Shown here: positions 31,140-64,000 of the stretch, one piece after another | Layout: every line of letters starts with the position of its first letter | How positions within the stretch are numbered: position 1 is the stretch's first letter | Notes under the pieces: generated by a model | Database searches by the model: none | The model's input: the letters and a program-made list of their open reading frames with translations, nothing else | Told to the model about the DNA's origin: nothing | Position numbers and translations under genes: made by a program | From: Podarcis liolepis | Taxonomy: Eukaryota | Direction: 5' to 3' (one strand) | DNA: 64,000 nt | NCBI GenBank assembly: GCA_965112155.1 | Contig: OZ218113.1

Positions 31140-32894
31140 TTTGGCAGTGTTTTTAGCCCCAATGAGTAGCACAGAATGGTCAGAGACAGAGTTGTAGTCC
31201 AGCAATATCTGGCAGGTCACAGAAGTCAGCCTGCACTGATAATATCGTGCTGCTTCCCATTCCCAAGCTCAGGCAAAACCAGACCAAGGCAAGGGGGTGT
31301 GGAGATAGCATGTGCACTAAGGTCAGCACTGGAGTCTAGATTTAGGATGACATGAAAACTTCGCCTAAGAAGGCTGCTTACTGCTGTGCTCCTAACACAC
31401 TCCTGAGTTGCAAGGTCCTCATTTTTAACGTCTGCTGGTGAAACCTTCCACCTGCAAGGGATTTCACTTTACACCCCAGAGCACTTTGAGCTTATCCATC
31501 ACTAAGCATTCTGTGCTAGTCACAGAGTCTTAAAAGGACTCTTGCCAAATTTTAATCCATCCAGCTCCTAAACGAAGAGTGCCCTAGCAGGTGACTGAAA
31601 AACACTGCAAAGCCAGCATGCTATCTGCTGTTTTGACAGAACATGTCCCCCAGTCCCTCGGGATTCAACCGTGTTATGTTCATTCGACTGCTCCGTTGCT
31701 GTTTTTGTGGGACACAAGAAGAGTCTCTACTCACTGAGAACTATTAAGATACTTTTCTGTTACAAACACAATACCTGAGAGAATGTAACTGGAAGACCTT
31801 TGGCCTTCTGAAGTTAATATCTGTTATCTGGAATGGTTCATGACACCTTTATAACAAAACAAAGAAGTCCAAGAGCATCAAAGTACAGTATGAAAACTAC
31901 AAGAAGCTAATTGGGACCCATGTTCAAGGATGCCTATTACTTTTGAGATGTGGGGAAGATAGATCAGATTATCTAAAAAAGCTTCCACTGCAGCAAAGCC
32001 ACCCTGGAGGTGCTGACGGTTGCTAAGGAAGAGTTTAATGTGAGTTTAGGAAGGGGAAACACTGTTAATTCTCTAATACTTTCAGGGCACAGGTCTTGCT
32101 AGCTTAGTTCTAAAGATTTAACCCAATAGAAATTGGGGGTGCAAAATATGCTTGTTCTTCGAGACATCTGAGCCTTATGATACTGGAGGCAGAATGTGAA
32201 GAGTGGTGATAATAATGTAGCACAGCAGAATATCTGACAAAACGCAGCATGGAATGAAGGGAAAATTAGCATTTATTCTTTGACATGTATACAGCATATG
32301 CTATCTTTTTTTAACACAGCACATCACCACTGGAATGGTGAAATGGAAGAGAGATACTCACTTCAGTCGATGAATGTTGGAAGGCATTGGAGAGAAACAC
32401 CACACAGTTAGGACTGTTAATGAACTTACACATTGTTGATACAGGACTCAATTTGGAGGGGGGGAAACACAACATGCGGTAACATTTATCGCAATAGAAT
32501 GATGGTGGTTAGTGCCACATTAAAAATAAAAATAGTTCTATACAATATGTTCATTTGGTCATGTGGTATTTACAGATTTTACAAAAACACACACAGAGAC
32601 GTAACACGCACACGCACACAAATTTGTTACTTTGCCACTTCAGGGTAAGATGTGGCCAGCAGACTATATCCCAAGATGTGGCACTGAGAGTTAAGAGACC
32701 TAACCAAAAAAAGACCCTGTGAGAACTCCAGCTGTGCAAACGCAAGTCCTTTGTTTCCAGGTCCCATTATGAATGCCCCCACTTAAAAAAAAAAGAACAC
32801 AAAAAATATTGACGCATGGATTTTGCTAATTAAAATGGAGCAGCCTCCAAGGTATAAATGAAATGAGAAACAAAATTTTCTCAATTAAAAAAAG

Positions 32895-32908
32895 TTTATT
32901 TTTTTATT
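32895..32908 (-). terminator. Proximal (SERCA2b) polyadenylation signals, two tandem AATAAA
   Basis: TTTATT at 32895-32900 and 32903-32908, ~1 kb after the SERCA2b stop; U-rich downstream. Confidence 0.7.
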
Positions 32909-33640
32909 TTTTGCTTTGCCTGAAGTCTATCCAGGTAGCCTTTTACCTTTCCTGCTTCTCCCCCACCATCCCAAAGTGGGCAATGCTGGTGAAAATGCTG
33001 TTACAATAAAAATACATAAGATATTTAAATAAATAATATTTTTCTTTTTTAAAAAAATCTACATGTGATGGGGGGGTTGAGGAGGAGAACAGTAATAGGT
33101 TGCCCCTGGAGTGGTATTTTCTGCACCAGCAAAAATAAGCATACCTCTTACAAATACAGGTGTAAACAAGATTCAGTTGTTATTTAAAAATATTGGAAAG
33201 GGCAAAAAAGGGGGGGTAGATACTGAGGTAGCGTATACATCTGCCCAGTGCAGAAAAAAACCAGCTGAATGACAAATTAAGATTAGGTGACCATGCAGAA
33301 GACAGAAACAATTGCATGCTTTTTAGTTTAAGAAAACACACACAAAAACATTCATTCCCTAAAATCTGCTACCAATTACAGTTTACTCAATATAGTGTCC
33401 ACTGGCACTCCCCCCGCAAAGCACTTTTTTTGTTTGTTTTTACAAGGATGAGTTGACTATTAAACAGAACACTGTACATGCTTCTCCTCTACAAAAAATA
33501 TTTGCATAAAATAGTGTTAAATTTCTCTGTACATGTCAATGGACACCCTAGATGTGTATAAAAGGGGGTGGGGAGAAATGCTACTCCCCCACTGGAGTTG
33601 GGTCAGGGGAAGTAAAAGAAAAAACCCAAAACGTCTAGAT

Positions 33641-33781
33641 CAGCCCTTCCACAACCTGGTGCCCCTCCCAGGTGTCTGGGGTACAACTCCCATTGGGCCT
33701 AGCAAGCACAGGTGGGCTGGCTGTGGCTGATGGGAGTTGTAACAGCAGGTATCTGGAGGGCGCCGGGATGGGGAAGGGCCG
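33641..33781. mobile_element. hAT MITE inside SERCA2b 3' UTR
   Basis: TIR cagcccttcc / ggaagggccg; internal tacaactcccat / atgggagttgta; left flank gtctagat. Confidence 0.7.
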
Positions 33782-33914
33782 GCATAGAATATGGAACCTC
33801 AGACACCGGCAAATATGTTCATGTGAAAATTCAGCAGAATAAGACAATTGCTTTAAACAATAAAAAAATTGATTTAAGTTAAACATCTCTCTGTCAAACT
33901 GTTATCTCTTCAGG

Positions 33915-60855
<26,941 letters not shown>

Positions 60856-61746
60856 TTAGGCAAACAATCTTCGTTCATTTACTGACATTACCAGATGCTG
60901 TTGCAGCAAGGGGAGCAGCCTGCAAAACATCACTTTCAAATGCAATCTGCAAACCAATGCCCTCTACTTCATTTCATTTTCTTGCAAATGTGTTTTCTTA
61001 CAATTTGGGAAAGACAAGGGTAGTTTTCACTTGGGGATAGTTCGATAAGAACCTCTTTTCATAATCATAGAGAGATCATTTTCTCATATAAAAAACAGAC
61101 AGGCTGCATCCTGTGTCATTTTAGAGCAAGCAGCCTAAAACCCAAAAGCGTAATTCTTATAGTTAGTGATTAAGCATTAAGACAAGACAGATCAGAATCA
61201 CTTCTTTGGAAATAAGCTTCTATCCCTCCCACAACAATTAGCCACTGTTTGGCTAGATGCGTTCATAACTACAACTGGATATATCGATAGTTACTACAAC
61301 AACTCTGGCATCCAAGTTTGAAGAAAACAATTGTCCTCAAAGCCTCCTATTTGTACTTATAAAAGAAAAGTGTAGTGCATGACTTGCTAACAAAGTAACT
61401 GCTATTAGCTGAACATAGTGACATTTTTGGCATTTTAAAAGAACATATTAACACGTCATAACCAGTGTTAGAAACTGGGATAGAAAAGCTATTTGCCACA
61501 TGGAACCTCTGCTGTGGGTGCAAAAACAGAATGGCTAGCCACCCCCCCCAAAACGTAGCAGCACTTTTTATTAATTTGTTTGAAATGCATGAACTAATGC
61601 ACAATTCACACCAGTGACACATTGTTAGTATCACATTTTAAATGGCAATTCTTAATTGAACACCACAAACATGAATGGGGCTCAACCCCTGTAATTGTGG
61701 CCAAAACCATAAGCCAGTTGAATAATTAATATTTACAAATACCAGC

Positions 61747-61773
61747 ATTATTATTATTATTATTATTATTATT
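61747..61773. repeat. (ATT)n microsatellite
   Basis: Direct reading. Confidence 0.85.
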
Positions 61774-63640
61774 TAAAGGGGGGAGCGAAGAGGCATGTGG
61801 AAGGCAGCAGCCAGTGATCTAGCAGAGATCTCATTTTGGGATGGGGAGGCGAGGTGAGGCAAAGCAGCATGGAAGGCAGCAGCCGGCGATCTTACTTTGA
61901 AGTCAGGCAGGAAGGTATTTCTAGCAGCGGCAATTTTAACCTTGAATCTCAGTCACCATACGCAGCACCAAGACTTCTCAAATTGCTCGCAATCAGACCA
62001 TTCGCAGTTACAAAATGCACCTGGTTCCCGGCTAATTTTGAATGCTGCTCATAAATATTTCAGATGGACTCTGCTTTTGTCCACAAAAACTGAATCTGAT
62101 TATGTTAACAGTGGTTTATGCCTGTAGTTATTTAATAAGGACTTTGCAGTCAATAATATTGTCTATTTCCAGACAGTTTAATGTTAAAATCTTGCCAAGT
62201 TATTATAGGTCACCAACAGAAAAAAAAAGTTCAAGTAGCCAACAGTTCCAGCTCTAATATCTACACTGAAAGTCAAATGAGAAGTACCTATCCATGACTC
62301 ATATTGCCAGTATATTCAGATACAGCAATAGTGCAAAAAAATCTTTACAACTTCCAAGTTTACACTGAAGAGAAATACATGTTGGCAGGAATTGCTACTT
62401 GCCCCAACCCATAAATCATAACTTTTCCAGATTCAACATTAGCAGATATCAAAAAATGTTTTGCATATTGTTCCATTGCAAAACACTTTATCTAACTGCT
62501 TCAACAAAGTGCTGAAAATCAAGTGTCTTTTCTGCCAATCCAGCAACTAAAGAATTAGCTTTCTGGGGAAATGTTCATATTGTTAACAATATGTTACATG
62601 AGGCAAAAGTTACATTTGTCTCCCTTCCCAGTGCCCATTCAGAATTGTAACATGAGCATACTTGTCGTTATTAAGCCACCCAGATAGACCACTTTAAATA
62701 GAAAATGTTCTTTTGGAATTTATCTGAGTGACTATTTTTAACAATCCATCTGTGAGAGCAATTAAAAGATCTGTACTATAGGGACATCCTGCTCACACTT
62801 TCTGCTCCAGATTAAATTCATGCATTCAACTGCTTATAGCATCTGCTATTTAGAATAGTCAACTACCTTGTACATTCCAAGCAGAGAGAGACTTCAATAA
62901 TCACCTATCATATACCATTTGGGGATTTGTAATACACATTGGCTGGGTGTATTTTTGTGGTATAGGCTTCAGGAAGACATTATTGGATTGTAAACGGATG
63001 AGCTGCTTGAAACCAACTAAAAGAAACACTGCCTATAAGTTATTAGAATCTGGTAGCTCTGGCTTGGCAGTGGTTTTATACCAATATCTTATTACCATGG
63101 TTTCAGGGGACAGTCATTCTCATTTCACCATACTTTCAGAAATAGCCAACTGGGGCCCTTCCTTTTCAAACATTTCTCAGATCCCAGATTTCTCTTGAAT
63201 CCTGCATAGCAATAATCTCCAATGCACAAATTGGGGGTGAGGGAACTCACTGTCTGTCAGGATATGAAGGCTGTGGGCCCTACTATACAAAAGCCTGATA
63301 CAGAAATAACTTGCTACAAAATGAGTGACCAGTTTATGTATTGGGGCAATTTATGTATTCATACCGGCAACTACTTGAGATTTGACAAATATAAATATGT
63401 TAAAGTGCATTTAAGACGCAAGCTGTTCAATGAGCCAGCAAAAGGAAACAGTCAAAAAATAAAGGGTTTTCAAGGTTCTAGTTAGAACTAAGTATAAAAG
63501 AAAATCTGCTAATGTGTGCTGTGAATGTGGCCCAAATCTGCTGCCTGGTGGTCTGCTGTTGTATGCATTCTCTTCAGTTAAGGTGGTGCCAGAAGGATAT
63601 ATGTAATATGAAGGAAAGAGGGTGTAGTGAGACTCTAGAG

Positions 63641-63891
63641 CAGGGGTCAGCAACCATTTTCTGCCATGGGCCAGTCCACTGTCCCTCAGACCTTGTGGGG
63701 GGCCGGACTATATTTTGAAGGGAAAAAATGAATGAATTCCTATGCCCCACAAATAACCCAGAGATGCATTTTAAATAAAAGGACACATTCTACTCATGTA
63801 AAAACACGCTGATTCCCGGACCGTCCGTGGGCCGGACTGAGAAGGCGATTGGGCTGCATCCAGCCCCCGGGCCTTAGGTCGCCTACCCCTG
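63641..63891. mobile_element. hAT-Charlie-like MITE
   Basis: caggggtcagcaacc / ggtcgcctacccctg; TSD ctctagag / ttctagag (NTCTAGAN Charlie target preference). Confidence 0.82.
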
Positions 63892-64000
63892 TTCTAGAGC
63901 TTGAATGCAGAGTGGAAGGAAAGGGGGGCCTTTTTCTGCCTCCCCATTTCCAGCTACTCTCCGAAGACTGAAGAAAGGACCCACATAAGAGTATCTGTGG

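Noticed and set aside
26572-33914. Human-type SERCA2c exon (VLSSEL)
   Set aside because: No matching sequence found by eye; only the different candidate at 32362-32413 is reported.

Overview
This is vertebrate genomic DNA, almost certainly from a squamate and probably a lacertid lizard (inferred from Sauria, Squam3 and PomSINE-type SINEs). Two convergent protein-coding genes are present. ANAPC7 (+ strand) is complete: 11 coding exons, 1043-11551, 1698 nt = 565 aa, with a CpG-island promoter. ATP2A2/SERCA2 (- strand) is present from exon 5 (60756) to both alternative 3' ends: the SERCA2b extended exon 20 (stop 33915) and the SERCA2a terminal exon (stop 26558); exons 1-4 lie beyond the window. 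Introns and the ~14 kb intergenic region are rich in SINEs, CR1/L2/RTE fragments, TcMar, hAT and Harbinger-type MITEs, and one solo LTR. Most notable: (1) a young Penelope-type insertion forming an 81-bp near-perfect palindrome, with a minimal hammerhead ribozyme on each strand; (2) a GC-AG intron with the same AAG|GCAAGTA donor in each gene; (3) altered SERCA2 C-termini (2b ends MFLS rather than mammalian MFWS; 2a ends AKLE rather than AILE); (4) a candidate extra donor or 52-nt exon in the ATP2A2 3' region; (5) isoform-partitioned miRNA sites; (6) a uORF whose stop overlaps the ANAPC7 start (ATGA); (7) a DNA transposon with a 9-bp TSD; (8) a MITE packed with nested hairpins. Repeat family names come from pattern recognition, not database searches.
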